Below, piece by piece: positions 35,251 to 45,217 of a stretch of 64,000 bases of DNA. The DNA comes from Candidatus Nomurabacteria bacterium (GTDB taxonomy: Bacteria; Patescibacteriota; Minisyncoccia; Phycocordibacterales; SBAW01). The translations under genes were made by a program, and so were the position numbers. The notes beneath the pieces are model-generated. The model made no database searches. It was given only the letters and a program-made list of their open reading frames with translations, and had not been told where the DNA came from. The stretch is from contig CALRFF010000002.1 in assembly GCA_943356495.1 (NCBI GenBank), positions 12,596-76,595 of the forward strand, given 5' to 3'. Every line of letters starts with the position of its first letter. Position 1 is the first letter of the stretch.

Positions 35251-37104
35251 ATGATGAAGCAGGGTGCCAATCTTAACACTGCACAACAGGAAGCCGTTTT
35301 GGCAACAGAGGGACCGCTTTTGGTACTGGCGGGGGCGGGGGCGGGCAAGACAAAAGTGATTGCCGAGCGCATTGCCCAAATAGTAAGGCAGGGCATAGCA
35401 CCCGAAAAAGTGCTGGCAATCACCTTTACCAACAAGGCTGCGGGGGAAATGCGGGAGCGGATTATCCCCGGGCCCTTTGTATCGACCTTTCATAGCCTTG
35501 GGCTCGTACTTATAAAGGAGAACTACCGCCTGATGGGGCTCAAGCGCTTTCCTTCTATATATGATCGGGCGGACTCCCTGCGGGAAATGAAGCAGGCGCT
35601 CAAAGCGATAGGCGCCGAGGACATCGAGCCGCGGGCGGCGCTGGCTATGGCGAGCCGGCAAAAAGGGGCGGGCGTTACGGCAAGCGAGTATGCCGAGGGT
35701 CCCGAAAGTCCGTACGAGCGGCAGATAGCGCTGGCGTGGCTTAAGTACGAACAAGCACTAGGCAAAGACAGCGCCATGGACTTTGACGACCTGCTACTGC
35801 GCTCGATGCGCCTGTTGCGCGACAACCCCGAGGTGCGTAAAAAATATCAGGAGCGTTGGACCTACTTGCACATCGACGAATACCAAGACACCAACGTGGT
35901 ACAAGCACAGCTCGCGGAACTTTTGGTGGGCCCCGCGCGCAACATCTGCGCGGTCGGCGACATCGACCAAACTATTTACGGCTGGCGCGGCGCGGAGATA
36001 GCCAACATTTTGTCGTTCGAAAAAAAATATCCCGGAGGGAAAGTAGTATTTTTAGAGCAGAATTACCGCTCGACCAAAACTATATTGGCCGCGGCCAACG
36101 AAGTGATAGCAAAAAATATCTACCGCCGCGAAAAACATTTGTTTACCGACAACCCCGACGGCGAACCGCTGAGTTTGTATATTGCATTCGACGAGTTGGA
36201 CGAGGCGGGTTTTATCGCGCGCAAAATAAAAGAGCTGGTAGCAGAGGGTAAACAGCCGCGAGACTTTGCCGTGCTGTACCGCGCCAACTTTCAGTCACGC
36301 GCAATAGAAGAGCAGCTGCTTGCCGCCGACGTACCGCACCAAGTGCTTGGCACGCGCTTTTTTGAGCGCAAAGAAGTTAAAGACGTGCTGTCGTTTATCC
36401 GCGGCGCCGTACAAGGCGGTGCGGTAGACATTGCGCGCGCGGTGGGCGCCATACCGCGCGGAATAGGGAAGGTAACACTTTTAAAAATGCTGTCGGGCGA
36501 GCCGGCGGGCGAAAAGGCTGCTGCTTTTTACCGGCAACTGCAAAAAATAAAAGAGGCCGCAGAGCTGTTGCCGCCCTCGCAGCTAGTGCGTTTGGTTATC
36601 ACCGAAAGCGGTATGGAGCGCCATTTTAAAGAAGACAAATATGAGGGTGCCGAGCGGCTAGAGAACCTGCGTGAGCTGGCGACACTTGCGGCGCGCTACG
36701 ACAAACTGCCTATAGGCGAGGGGTTGCAGGCATTTTTGGAGTCCGCGGCGCTCGCGAGCGACCAAGACGAGCTTAAAGACGAGCAAAATGCCGTGCGCCT
36801 AATGACCGTCCACGCGGCCAAAGGGCTCGAGTTTGTACAGGTGTTTATTACGGGGCTTGAAGAGGGTTTGTTTCCGTACGAGCGGCAGGACAGCGACGCC
36901 GCCGACAAAGAGGAGGAGCGCCGCCTGATGTACGTAGCGCTTACTCGTGCGCGCGAAAAAATATTTTTGTGCTACGCTTCGTACCGCACAATATTTGGCG
37001 CCAAAATGCCTACGGTACCGTCGCAATTTTTGGGCGACATTTCCGACGACCTAAAACAAAACGAAAATCCGGAGCGCTTGGGCCGCACAATTTACCTCGA
37101 CTAA
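35251..37104 (+). CDS. pcrA: UvrD/PcrA-family ATP-dependent DNA helicase (compact form)
   Basis: Walker A AGAGAGKT, motifs II (DEYQDTN), IV, VI; 617 aa. Confidence 0.85.
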   Translation: MMKQGANLNTAQQEAVLATEGPLLVLAGAGAGKTKVIAERIAQIVRQGIAPEKVLAITFTNKAAGEMRERIIPGPFVSTFHSLGLVLIKENYRLMGLKRFPSIYDRADSLREMKQALKAIGAEDIEPRAALAMASRQKGAGVTASEYAEGPESPYERQIALAWLKYEQALGKDSAMDFDDLLLRSMRLLRDNPEVRKKYQERWTYLHIDEYQDTNVVQAQLAELLVGPARNICAVGDIDQTIYGWRGAEIANILSFEKKYPGGKVVFLEQNYRSTKTILAAANEVIAKNIYRREKHLFTDNPDGEPLSLYIAFDELDEAGFIARKIKELVAEGKQPRDFAVLYRANFQSRAIEEQLLAADVPHQVLGTRFFERKEVKDVLSFIRGAVQGGAVDIARAVGAIPRGIGKVTLLKMLSGEPAGEKAAAFYRQLQKIKEAAELLPPSQLVRLVITESGMERHFKEDKYEGAERLENLRELATLAARYDKLPIGEGLQAFLESAALASDQDELKDEQNAVRLMTVHAAKGLEFVQVFITGLEEGLFPYERQDSDAADKEEERRLMYVALTRAREKIFLCYASYRTIFGAKMPTVPSQFLGDISDDLKQNENPERLGRTIYLD

Positions 37105-37106
37105 TT

Positions 37107-37832
37107 ATGTTAAAGAAAAAAAGCTTAGGTCAACATTTTTTAAACGCGCAAAGTTATTTGCGTGCCGTTGCCGACGCGGCAGAGATCGCGGCGGGGGAGC
37201 GCGTGCTTGAGATAGGCCCCGGCGAAGGCGCACTGACCGCGGTGTTGCTCGAGCGCGGCGCGCATGTAACCGCTATCGAAAAAGATTCCCGCCTGATACC
37301 CCTGCTTAAAGAAAAATTCGCCGGCAAGAAATTTGAAGTGGTAGAAGACGATGCGTTAATGTATGAACCACAGTTACAAAACTATAAAGTAGTGGGGAAT
37401 ATCCCGTACTATATTACCGGCGCATTACTGAAGAAATTTCTTTCCGGCGAGGTACAGCCGAGCGCCTTAGTGTTCTTGGTACAAAAAGAAGTTGCCGAGC
37501 GCATTGCGCGGTCAACAAAAGAAAGCATTCTCTCGCTTTCGGTAAAAGCATACGGGGAACCTACATATATTAAGACCGTGCCGGCGGGAGCATTTTCTCC
37601 GCCGCCCAAAGTAGACTCGGCGATTCTGCGCGTTACCGGCGTATCAAGAAAAAACTTTGCAGACAAACAGCACGAAGCGCGTTTTTTCGAACTCCTTAAA
37701 AAAGGATTCGGGCAGAAGCGAAAACTGTTGAAATCAAATCTCAAACCCCTGCTCGGCGAACGCGCCGAAGCATTGGGAGCTGTCCGTGCTGAAGATATAA
37801 GCCTAGGGGAGTGGCTAAAGTTGTCGGCTTAA
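37107..37832 (+). CDS. rsmA: 16S rRNA (adenine1518/1519-N6)-dimethyltransferase
   Basis: LGQHFL.. N-terminus, SAM motif LEIGPGEGALT, VVGNIPYYIT; start at MLKKKSLGQHF internal Met. Confidence 0.85.
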   Translation: MLKKKSLGQHFLNAQSYLRAVADAAEIAAGERVLEIGPGEGALTAVLLERGAHVTAIEKDSRLIPLLKEKFAGKKFEVVEDDALMYEPQLQNYKVVGNIPYYITGALLKKFLSGEVQPSALVFLVQKEVAERIARSTKESILSLSVKAYGEPTYIKTVPAGAFSPPPKVDSAILRVTGVSRKNFADKQHEARFFELLKKGFGQKRKLLKSNLKPLLGERAEALGAVRAEDISLGEWLKLSA

Positions 37833-38158
37833 ATACTGACGCCGTCTATTTGTATACGCTGGCCGACAAAAGGTACTTTGCCCACGACACAACCATAGGG
37901 GATATCAGCGACACCCAAAATCTGCTGCGCCACATGGACCGGCGGCAGCCCAATTGTAAGGGGTGTCCATATATAGGTGATAGGAAAGAGCCCTGCAGGC
38001 AAAATTTTAATCCAGACGGCCGGGCCACTAAGGCTCATACACGGAGTAATAGCCAGAATTTTACCCCCAAAGGAGGTCCCGAGCGCCGAAGCGTACAACG
38101 GCACCAAAAGAAGTGCCCCTGCAAGCAATCCGGCAAAAGACACAATGAAGCGATGCAT
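37829..38158 (-). CDS. Small secreted protein (signal peptide with ASA cleavage site, ~85-aa mature, 2 Cys), divergent from the secretion operon
   Basis: MHRFIVSFAGLLAGALLLVPLYASA...; TATAAT exactly 6 nt upstream of its ATG on the minus strand. Confidence 0.5.
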   Translation of the reverse strand: MHRFIVSFAGLLAGALLLVPLYASALGTSFGGKILAITPCMSLSGPAVWIKILPAGLFPITYIWTPLTIGLPPVHVAQQILGVADIPYGCVVGKVPFVGQRIQIDGVSI

Positions 38159-38182
38159 ATTTACATTATATAATGAATACAA
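38159..38182. promoter_or_regulatory. 24-bp divergent intergenic region with palindromic CATTATATAATG serving as -10 element for both the small secreted gene (minus) and the 11-gene secretion operon (plus)
   Basis: TATAAT-N6-ATG on minus; TATAAT-N8-ATG on plus. Confidence 0.5.
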
Positions 38183-39076
38183 ATGAGCCTTCAGACATAC
38201 CTGCCCAGTGCAAAATTTGCCGTCATGGCGGGGGCGATAGCACTCTCGGGCGGGTTAGTGGTAGCGGCGCAGTATGTAACCAACCCCGCGCCCAGTACTG
38301 CGGGGCTTAGCGCCGAAGCGCAGGCGGCCCAAGCGGCGCAGTCGGCAAACTGGCAGCAGGTCTTGCGCGACATAGAGTCCCAGTCGGGTATTAAAGCGCC
38401 CGAGGCGCCCAGTACCGACACGGTTAACGCCCTGCTTACCGCGGCGCAAAGCACTAATCTTACAACCCAAGTAGGCAGAACCTTGCTGGTAAGCCTTAGT
38501 AACGCCAACGCCCAAGGGCTTGGCAGCGATATCCCGACACAAGAGCAGCTCATTGCCGAAGCAACCGCCCAGCTCGACGCGCAAGCAAGCGGGCCGGCAT
38601 ATGCAGTAGGCGATTTGCAGATAACAGTCCAAAGCAGCGCGTCGGTGCGAGCCTATGGCAACGCCATAATGAAGGCACTTAACGCTCACGGCGGCGCGAG
38701 CGCCCAAAACACCTATCTTGCGATAGGCGCTATCACCGACTCCCAAAATGCCGCGGCTATTGCGGAGCTAAAAACAATAGGGGCGGCGTACCGTGCGCTT
38801 GCCGAGGCTATTGCCGAAACCCCCGTACCCCAAACCTACTCTCCGTTGCACCTACAACTCGCCAACGACTTTGCCGCTATCGCCGCAAGCTATCCGGACA
38901 TGCAAACCATGCTCGACGACCCACTGCGCGGACTTGCGGGGGTGCAGCGCTACAGCGCTCTTATTGACGAAGCGAGGCGCGTGTTAACAAACATCGCTCA
39001 GTTATTGAGTAAAGACGGTATACTTTTCAGTAAAGACGAGCCAGGCGCTGCCTGGAGCGGCTTGCTTGCCACGTAA
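38183..39076 (+). CDS. Operon gene 1: membrane-anchored Ala/Gln-rich protein of unknown function
   Basis: N-terminal TM helix (AVMAGAIALSGGLVVAA), 297 aa, no recognised domain. Confidence 0.55.
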   Translation: MSLQTYLPSAKFAVMAGAIALSGGLVVAAQYVTNPAPSTAGLSAEAQAAQAAQSANWQQVLRDIESQSGIKAPEAPSTDTVNALLTAAQSTNLTTQVGRTLLVSLSNANAQGLGSDIPTQEQLIAEATAQLDAQASGPAYAVGDLQITVQSSASVRAYGNAIMKALNAHGGASAQNTYLAIGAITDSQNAAAIAELKTIGAAYRALAEAIAETPVPQTYSPLHLQLANDFAAIAASYPDMQTMLDDPLRGLAGVQRYSALIDEARRVLTNIAQLLSKDGILFSKDEPGAAWSGLLAT

Positions 39077-39081
39077 CTTTC

Positions 39082-41046
39082 ATGAACCGACGAACCCTTA
39101 TCACTATCCTGATCGCGGTCCTTGTGGCCGTCGTCATCGGGGCGCTGTGGTTGTGGTTTTTTAGAGGGGTCGGGACCGCGCCAGCGCCGCAAACAGGCTC
39201 CTTCGGCACCGGACAAACCCGCAATACCGGAACCACCGGCGCAAGCACCACGCCCACCAACATACCGAGCTCTATCGGACAGACGACTTCTACGGGAGGG
39301 TCAGTTACCCAAAGCGGCATTTATGTTTCGGGTATAACCGGCGGCGGCGCAGGCACCACCACAGGCGCCGCTGCGGTGCCCGGCGTTAGTTGGCTGGCGG
39401 GGGGCGCGGGCGGGATAAGCGGCGGATCGGGTACCGCATTTAACCCCAGCACCATAAACCAACTTAACAACGGACAGGTGGGCGGGAGCGTTAATGTGCT
39501 GGGCACCTTTACTACCCCGGGCGGGAGCAGCTCCGGCGGGGGAGGTCTCGGCATCGGCGGCTCGGCGGCCATTATCGCCGGCACTGCGGTCGCTTGCACC
39601 GCATTTTTACTGGGCGGAGCCGCCGGCATGTTTACCAGCTCGTCGTTTGTCGCCGTACAAGTTAACGCACCCACCGACAACAATAAAAAGTTTATGGACT
39701 GCATCGCGCGCACTATTGCGCGCGCGGCGATACAGCAAATAACGGCAAGCGTCGTCAACTGGATAAACTCCGGATTTAACGGCAAGCCCTCCTTTGTCAC
39801 CAACTACCAAAGCTTTTTTGCGAACGTGGCCGACCAAGCGGCGGGAGAGTTTATAAAAACGCAGACCAACTTTGCGCCGTACTGCACCCCGTTCCGCACG
39901 CAAATACAAATAGCGCTCGCCCAAAGCTACGCGCGCCGCAACAACGCGCAGTCGTGTACCCTTTCTACTTTATTAAGCGGTACAGGCATAAACCTATTCG
40001 GTAAAAACACGGGGGGCACTACCGGTTGGGGAAATTTTATCTCCTTTACCACCGTACCGAGCAACAACCCCTACGGCTCCTACATGAGCGCGCAGGCACA
40101 ACTGCAAAGCACGCTCTTGCAAGCAAACCAAAATGCTAATCGCAACATTTCTACCGGCGGGTTCCTTAACTTCCAGCAGCCGTACGATTGCCAAGCCACC
40201 GTGCCGCAGGCGGGAGAAACAGCGGGCACTAATGGCGGCGGAGGTGCGGGGGGCAGTATAAACTTCGGCGGCTCATCACAAAACTACGGCTATTCCTGCC
40301 CGTCCAACTGCAAGTGCAAAATTACGACTCCCGGAGGCATTATCGAAAGTTCATTAAGCAAAACGCTCAGCGTGTCGCAAGACACGCTTACGCAGGCGGG
40401 CATCTCGGGCAGTTTTGACGCTATTATCAGCGCGCTTATAAGCCAATTGATGACCCGCGCGCTCCAAGGCGGCGTGTCTAACCTTAGCGGCACCAGCGGC
40501 TATGCTTCGTACTACCTGACCGCCGACCAGCAGGCGGCGCAAACAAACGGGCAAGGGCTCCTTACCCAACTGCAAGGGTTGGTGGTAATGGCGCAGCAGT
40601 TCGGACAAAACAAGCAGGGCAGCGCGCAGGATATACAAAATGCGCAGAGCCAACTTAATGGCCTTGCCAACTGCTGGCAAACGGCCGCGTCCTCGACGGC
40701 ACTTACCGATACCAAACAAAATATCGCCTTCAACAACGCGCAGAACGCGCTTGCAACATTGCGCTCTTACGACGGGCAAATTGACAGTATCAACGGCCAG
40801 ATAACCCGGGCCAACGCGGCCGTGGCGCTGTTGCAAGACCTACAGACTCGTACGCTCGGCGTCGGTTCGACGGCAGAGGTGTCGGCTATACAAAACGCGC
40901 TTGCCGCCGCCGAGGCGCGGGGCGGTATCATAGGACAAGCGGACATTACCACCGCGGCGCAAGACCGCACGACTCTGCAATCGCAGCTAAACTCTCTCAG
41001 CAGAACAGTAGACTCGCAGCTCTCCCAATGCTATGCGTTCCAATAA
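39082..41046 (+). CDS. Operon gene 2: large surface protein with TM anchor, Gly/Thr-rich linker, Cys-containing globular region and C-terminal Gln-rich coiled coil
   Basis: 654 aa; N-terminal TM (LITILIAVLVAVVIGALWLWFF); paired cysteines; no recognised domain. Confidence 0.6.
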   Translation: MNRRTLITILIAVLVAVVIGALWLWFFRGVGTAPAPQTGSFGTGQTRNTGTTGASTTPTNIPSSIGQTTSTGGSVTQSGIYVSGITGGGAGTTTGAAAVPGVSWLAGGAGGISGGSGTAFNPSTINQLNNGQVGGSVNVLGTFTTPGGSSSGGGGLGIGGSAAIIAGTAVACTAFLLGGAAGMFTSSSFVAVQVNAPTDNNKKFMDCIARTIARAAIQQITASVVNWINSGFNGKPSFVTNYQSFFANVADQAAGEFIKTQTNFAPYCTPFRTQIQIALAQSYARRNNAQSCTLSTLLSGTGINLFGKNTGGTTGWGNFISFTTVPSNNPYGSYMSAQAQLQSTLLQANQNANRNISTGGFLNFQQPYDCQATVPQAGETAGTNGGGGAGGSINFGGSSQNYGYSCPSNCKCKITTPGGIIESSLSKTLSVSQDTLTQAGISGSFDAIISALISQLMTRALQGGVSNLSGTSGYASYYLTADQQAAQTNGQGLLTQLQGLVVMAQQFGQNKQGSAQDIQNAQSQLNGLANCWQTAASSTALTDTKQNIAFNNAQNALATLRSYDGQIDSINGQITRANAAVALLQDLQTRTLGVGSTAEVSAIQNALAAAEARGGIIGQADITTAAQDRTTLQSQLNSLSRTVDSQLSQCYAFQ

Positions 41047-43519
41047 ATACATAATTTATTTTTTTGCGCTCGTGGCGCTTATAGTGGCCCCCGTGAGCCT
41101 GACTTCTTACAAGGGCACCTTAAAAATTGAGCCTGCAAAAGTCCAGGCTGCCGTTATTTGCAAACAAGGGGGGAGTTTTACTTCTTTTCCGAGCACTTGT
41201 CCCTTTGGCTTTACCAATGCTTCAGAAAGCGAGTCCGCTGCTTATACAAACAATCCCGCGAACGCAGCCGACTTGGCCCGTACTAAAAAAGCGGAGACTG
41301 ACCCATATGGCACAGCCAACAATGCTTGTTCAGGCCTCACCGGATGTCTTGCTTGGGTTATGTATTGGATAGGCCCCGGCTTTGCTTCGTGGGTAGCCTC
41401 AATAGCAGCTTTTTTCTTTAATTACATAGTCAAGATTTCTCTCAACAGCACCGCCTATGCGCTCGGGTTTTTGACCACCAGCTGGAGTTTAGTACTCAAC
41501 CTCGCCAACATGTTCTTTATTTTTATTCTCATATATACCGCGTTCGTAATTATGCTGAAGGCGGAGACCACGCGCACCATGCAAACACTGGCGTGGGTTA
41601 TCGCAATCGCGCTGGTGGTTAACTTTAGCTTTTTCTTTACGCGCGTAGTGATAGACGCGGGGAATATTCTTGGCGTACAGTTTTACAACGGCATCATCGC
41701 ACAACCTAATATAGCAGGGGTGACTATCACCAACGAGCCAAATGCGCCTGTTGATATCACACGCGGCATCATGCAAGCGCTCGGGGTAGAAAAACCACTT
41801 ACACAACAAGGATTTACAAACGCACAGGCAGTAACAGGCAACAATGCATGGAGCACTCTACTTGTTTTAACAGTCGTATTTCTCTCTACCGCGGTCATGT
41901 TTTGGATGCTCGCGCTTGGACTGATAATGATTGCCATCAAGTTTCTTATCCGTATTGTAGGATTATGGCTCGTGCTTATCGCCTCACCGATCGCTTTTGT
42001 TTCTAAAACACTACCAAAAACCCAACATTTTTTTGAGATGTGGTTGCGAACGCTGGTAAGCTTTGCCTTCTATCCGGCGATATTTCTCTTTATGTTCTAC
42101 GTACTCAACATGTTTGTGGCGGACCTTGCAGGCAACAAATTGTTTGCGGCACTCTCAAGTAAGCAGGGCATGGCAACAGATTTAAATCCATTGCCGCTTA
42201 TCGCCCAACTTGCGGAAATATTTATCCGCATGGGATTCCTTATCGTCATGATGTACATCATGCTTAAGGTTGCCGATTGGATTATGGACCAAGCCGGCGG
42301 TATGGCGGGCACGATTATGAACAAAGCGAGTGGGGCTATTTTGGGCGGCGGCTTCCGTGGAGCCGGAGTTGCACTTCGTGCCACGTCAGCGACTGGTGCA
42401 TTTGCTGGACGTAACGTAGGAGGTCGCGGAGCATTTGCGACACTACAAAATTCAACAATTAAATCTTGGGAAGGACAGAGTGGCCTGCGCGGTACTTTGT
42501 GGCGCGGCCTCACAGGTGTCAGCAAAGGTACTTGGGATATACGTAACGCCCCTGGTGGCAGCATATTGAAAAAAGCCACCTCAAAAATCGTAGGCGATGT
42601 CAATGTTGGTACTGCAAGTAAACGTAACTTTGCCAAAACAGTCGCCGACAAGGCCAAGCGTGACGAAGAACGTGGAAAGACCCTTAAAGCGTCCGAAGGG
42701 GAAATCTGGAATGCACAACAAGACTTCCAAAATAGGTATGATACACGAAACGGCCCAGGTTCCTACACAACCAGAATAAACGACCTACAGACACGTATGC
42801 GAATGGCGCGGGAGGAGGCTGTGCGACAGCACGCTAGAGCAGCTCTCGACCCAGCAGGAGCGGCAGGATTTAAAGCACTCGCTAGAACTAACGAGAATGA
42901 AGAAAGACGGCTGGCTGGAGAACTTAAAAACCATACCGAGCAAGGTAAGAAAATCGCAGAAGATTTTGCAAAAACACGCATAATGCAATTTGCCGATAGG
43001 CTCGATAAGAGAAATGTTGAGGGTAATATGTTTAATCCGTCATGGGGTCATGTCGAAGGCGCTGCGCGACTCAGAAAACTGGTTGAAGGAAAAACTTCTA
43101 CCCAAAAAATTAAGGATGCTGTGAAAGAAGCCACTGAAGAAGATGGTGATGATCACCCGCCAGCGGGAGGTGGCGGTGCAGGAGGTGGAGGACATGGCCC
43201 CACAGCACCGGCAGGAGGAGCACATGGTGCGGGCGGAGGAGGTTCGGCCTTTACCAAAGCGGCCGGTACTGAGCATGCGCTTGCCGACGCAATAAGAGAG
43301 GCCAGCGAAAAAACACATAAAGACTTTAAGAATTTGGAGAAAAGTCTGCATGAAGCTGCGGGGAGTAACGGACCTGCCCATGTTCCCACAACAGAGCCCA
43401 CTCTCAATGTTAAAAAAATGAGCCAAAACATCGCCGACCGTCTTGGCGAACATCTGCAGCCGGGTAATACGCCGCCTACTACCCCCAAGCCGCCCGAAAA
43501 ACCGGAAGAGAAGAAATAA
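41033..43519 (+). CDS. Operon gene 3: VirB6/TrbL-like polytopic membrane protein with signal peptide, extracellular Cys domain, ~8 TM helices and Gly-rich cytoplasmic tail
   Basis: 828 aa; architecture (periplasmic N-domain, multi-TM core, long C-tail) is the VirB6/PrgH pattern; assignment by topology not motif. Confidence 0.5.
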   Translation: MRSNKYIIYFFALVALIVAPVSLTSYKGTLKIEPAKVQAAVICKQGGSFTSFPSTCPFGFTNASESESAAYTNNPANAADLARTKKAETDPYGTANNACSGLTGCLAWVMYWIGPGFASWVASIAAFFFNYIVKISLNSTAYALGFLTTSWSLVLNLANMFFIFILIYTAFVIMLKAETTRTMQTLAWVIAIALVVNFSFFFTRVVIDAGNILGVQFYNGIIAQPNIAGVTITNEPNAPVDITRGIMQALGVEKPLTQQGFTNAQAVTGNNAWSTLLVLTVVFLSTAVMFWMLALGLIMIAIKFLIRIVGLWLVLIASPIAFVSKTLPKTQHFFEMWLRTLVSFAFYPAIFLFMFYVLNMFVADLAGNKLFAALSSKQGMATDLNPLPLIAQLAEIFIRMGFLIVMMYIMLKVADWIMDQAGGMAGTIMNKASGAILGGGFRGAGVALRATSATGAFAGRNVGGRGAFATLQNSTIKSWEGQSGLRGTLWRGLTGVSKGTWDIRNAPGGSILKKATSKIVGDVNVGTASKRNFAKTVADKAKRDEERGKTLKASEGEIWNAQQDFQNRYDTRNGPGSYTTRINDLQTRMRMAREEAVRQHARAALDPAGAAGFKALARTNENEERRLAGELKNHTEQGKKIAEDFAKTRIMQFADRLDKRNVEGNMFNPSWGHVEGAARLRKLVEGKTSTQKIKDAVKEATEEDGDDHPPAGGGGAGGGGHGPTAPAGGAHGAGGGGSAFTKAAGTEHALADAIREASEKTHKDFKNLEKSLHEAAGSNGPAHVPTTEPTLNVKKMSQNIADRLGEHLQPGNTPPTTPKPPEKPEEKK

Positions 43520-43540
43520 TTACCCCTAACCACAAGGCTT

Positions 43541-44092
43541 ATGGACACTACCGTTGCAGCACAAATAGAAAAACGCCTTGCCGAGCTCCCTGAAGACGTC
43601 CGCGCGGCTGTTATGTCGGTCGAGTGGGAAGAAAAGGTACGACAGATAGCCGGCAAACACGCCTTGCATATAGACCAGACCGGCGCGCTGGGCGACACCA
43701 CTCTTATGGCGATGCTCGGGTTCTTCGATATGGCCGACTTTCCGGTCCATCTCACTGAGGAGCTTAAAATACCTACTGATCAAGCCGCCGCCATAGGGGG
43801 AGAGATAACGGCTGAGGTCTTCAGACCCATACGCGAGTCGCTCAAAAAGTTTACCGAAGGAAACAAAGCGACTATACCCGCTCCGACGGCACCCAAACCC
43901 GACCTTGTAGCCGCCGAGGCCATGTTACAAGCCAAAACAGTGAGTGCACCCGCTCCGGCGGTGCCCGCCCAACCCGTAGTACCCCAAAAAACTGTCCCTA
44001 CAGCGGCGCCTGTCATGCCGCCAATAGCAAAACAAGAGCCGCCGAAGCCCGGCGCGTATGCCGCCGACCCGTACCGCGAGCCGCCGCTATGA
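43541..44092 (+). CDS. Operon gene 4: soluble protein with Pro-rich C-terminus, unknown function
   Basis: 183 aa, no TM, no recognised domain. Confidence 0.5.
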   Translation: MDTTVAAQIEKRLAELPEDVRAAVMSVEWEEKVRQIAGKHALHIDQTGALGDTTLMAMLGFFDMADFPVHLTEELKIPTDQAAAIGGEITAEVFRPIRESLKKFTEGNKATIPAPTAPKPDLVAAEAMLQAKTVSAPAPAVPAQPVVPQKTVPTAAPVMPPIAKQEPPKPGAYAADPYREPPL

Positions 44093-44116
44093 AAACCTAC
44101 GCTATACTTGTAAGTA

Positions 44117-44557
44117 ATGGCGCAGTACCAAGTACCCCAGTTTATTGAGGTTGAGGATAAGATTTTCGGCCCCCTGACGCTCAAGCAATTTATCTATCTT
44201 GCCGGCGGGGCGGGGATATGTCTTATGTTCTTTACGCTTCTGCCGTTTTGGCTGATGTTTATCTTGTCTGTACCGGTTATGTCCTTTTCGGCGGCACTCG
44301 CCTTTTACAAAATAAACGGGCGGCCGTTTATCGTGGCGCTTGAGCATGCGGCATCATATACCTTTGGCAGCAAGCTTTATTTGTGGAAGCAGCGCGAGGC
44401 AAAAGCCAGTACCGAAGTGCAAAACGCCCCCGCGACAGCTGCGCCGGTGCCCAGACTCTCTAACAGCAAGCTTAAAGATCTGTCGTGGTCGCTCAATATT
44501 AAAGACCGCAACCAAATGGGCGTCACGTCGACGGAGCGCAGCGGGTTTGAAGTCTAA
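44117..44557 (+). CDS. Operon gene 5: PrgI-family (VirB3-like) two-TM protein
   Basis: N-terminus YQVPQFIEVEDKIFGPLTLKQFIYLAGG followed by two TM helices, the PrgI/VirB3 signature; sits immediately upstream of VirB4 as in Gram-positive T4SS. Confidence 0.6.
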   Translation: MAQYQVPQFIEVEDKIFGPLTLKQFIYLAGGAGICLMFFTLLPFWLMFILSVPVMSFSAALAFYKINGRPFIVALEHAASYTFGSKLYLWKQREAKASTEVQNAPATAAPVPRLSNSKLKDLSWSLNIKDRNQMGVTSTERSGFEV

Positions 44558-44562
44558 TTACT

Positions 44563-45216
44563 ATGGCTACCAATACCTCTCCACAAGTTACGGCGCAGGC
44601 AACACAGGACTTTGTGCCTATAAAAGAGGTGCGCGACGGCATTGTAATACTTAAAGACGGCTCCCTACGGTCACTACTTATGGCGTCGAGCATCAACTTG
44701 GCGCTCAAGTCGCAGGACGAACAACAGGCGATTATCGGGCAATTTCAAAATTTTCTTAACTCGCTGGAGTTTACAGTGCAGTTTTTTGTCCAAAGCCGCG
44801 AGTTGGACATACGCCCCTATATCGCCCTGCTTGAAGAGCGGTTGGTGGCCGAGCTTGATGACCTGATGAAGATACAGATACGCGAGTACATTACCTTCAT
44901 TAAAGACTTTACCGAGCGGGCCAATATTATGACTAAAAACTTTTTTATCGTCGTGCCGTACGACCCCGCGCTTATCGCGCGCGGTACGGGCATCGCATCG
45001 TTTATCCCCGGGAGAGGCAGTTCTTCGACCACGCTTACCGACGAGCAGTTTGAGCAGTACCGCACCCAGCTCGAGCAGCGTATCGCCGTTATCGAGCAGG
45101 GGCTGGTGCGCACGGGCGTGCGCGTAGTGGGCCTAGGGACCGAAGAGGTGATAGAGCTCTTTTACAAACTCTTTAACCCCGGCGAACTAGAGAAGCCGCT
45201 GCAGCTCGTTAAATAA
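44563..45216 (+). CDS. Operon gene 6: VirB4 N-terminal-domain-like protein (separate ORF)
   Basis: FVPIKEVRDGIVILKDGSLRSLLMASSINLALKSQDEQQAIIGQF matches the extreme N-terminal region of Gram-positive VirB4/TrsE-type ATPases; stop TAA at 45214-45216, next ATG at 45218 in another frame. Confidence 0.55.
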   Translation: MATNTSPQVTAQATQDFVPIKEVRDGIVILKDGSLRSLLMASSINLALKSQDEQQAIIGQFQNFLNSLEFTVQFFVQSRELDIRPYIALLEERLVAELDDLMKIQIREYITFIKDFTERANIMTKNFFIVVPYDPALIARGTGIASFIPGRGSSSTTLTDEQFEQYRTQLEQRIAVIEQGLVRTGVRVVGLGTEEVIELFYKLFNPGELEKPLQLVK

Positions 45217-45217
45217 T

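Noticed and set aside
37811-38173. 120-aa plus-strand ORF overlapping the small secreted-protein gene
   Set aside because: Arbitrary composition (Arg/Gln/Lys/Pro-rich), no start context. The opposite-strand ORF has a signal peptide and a perfect leaderless promoter.
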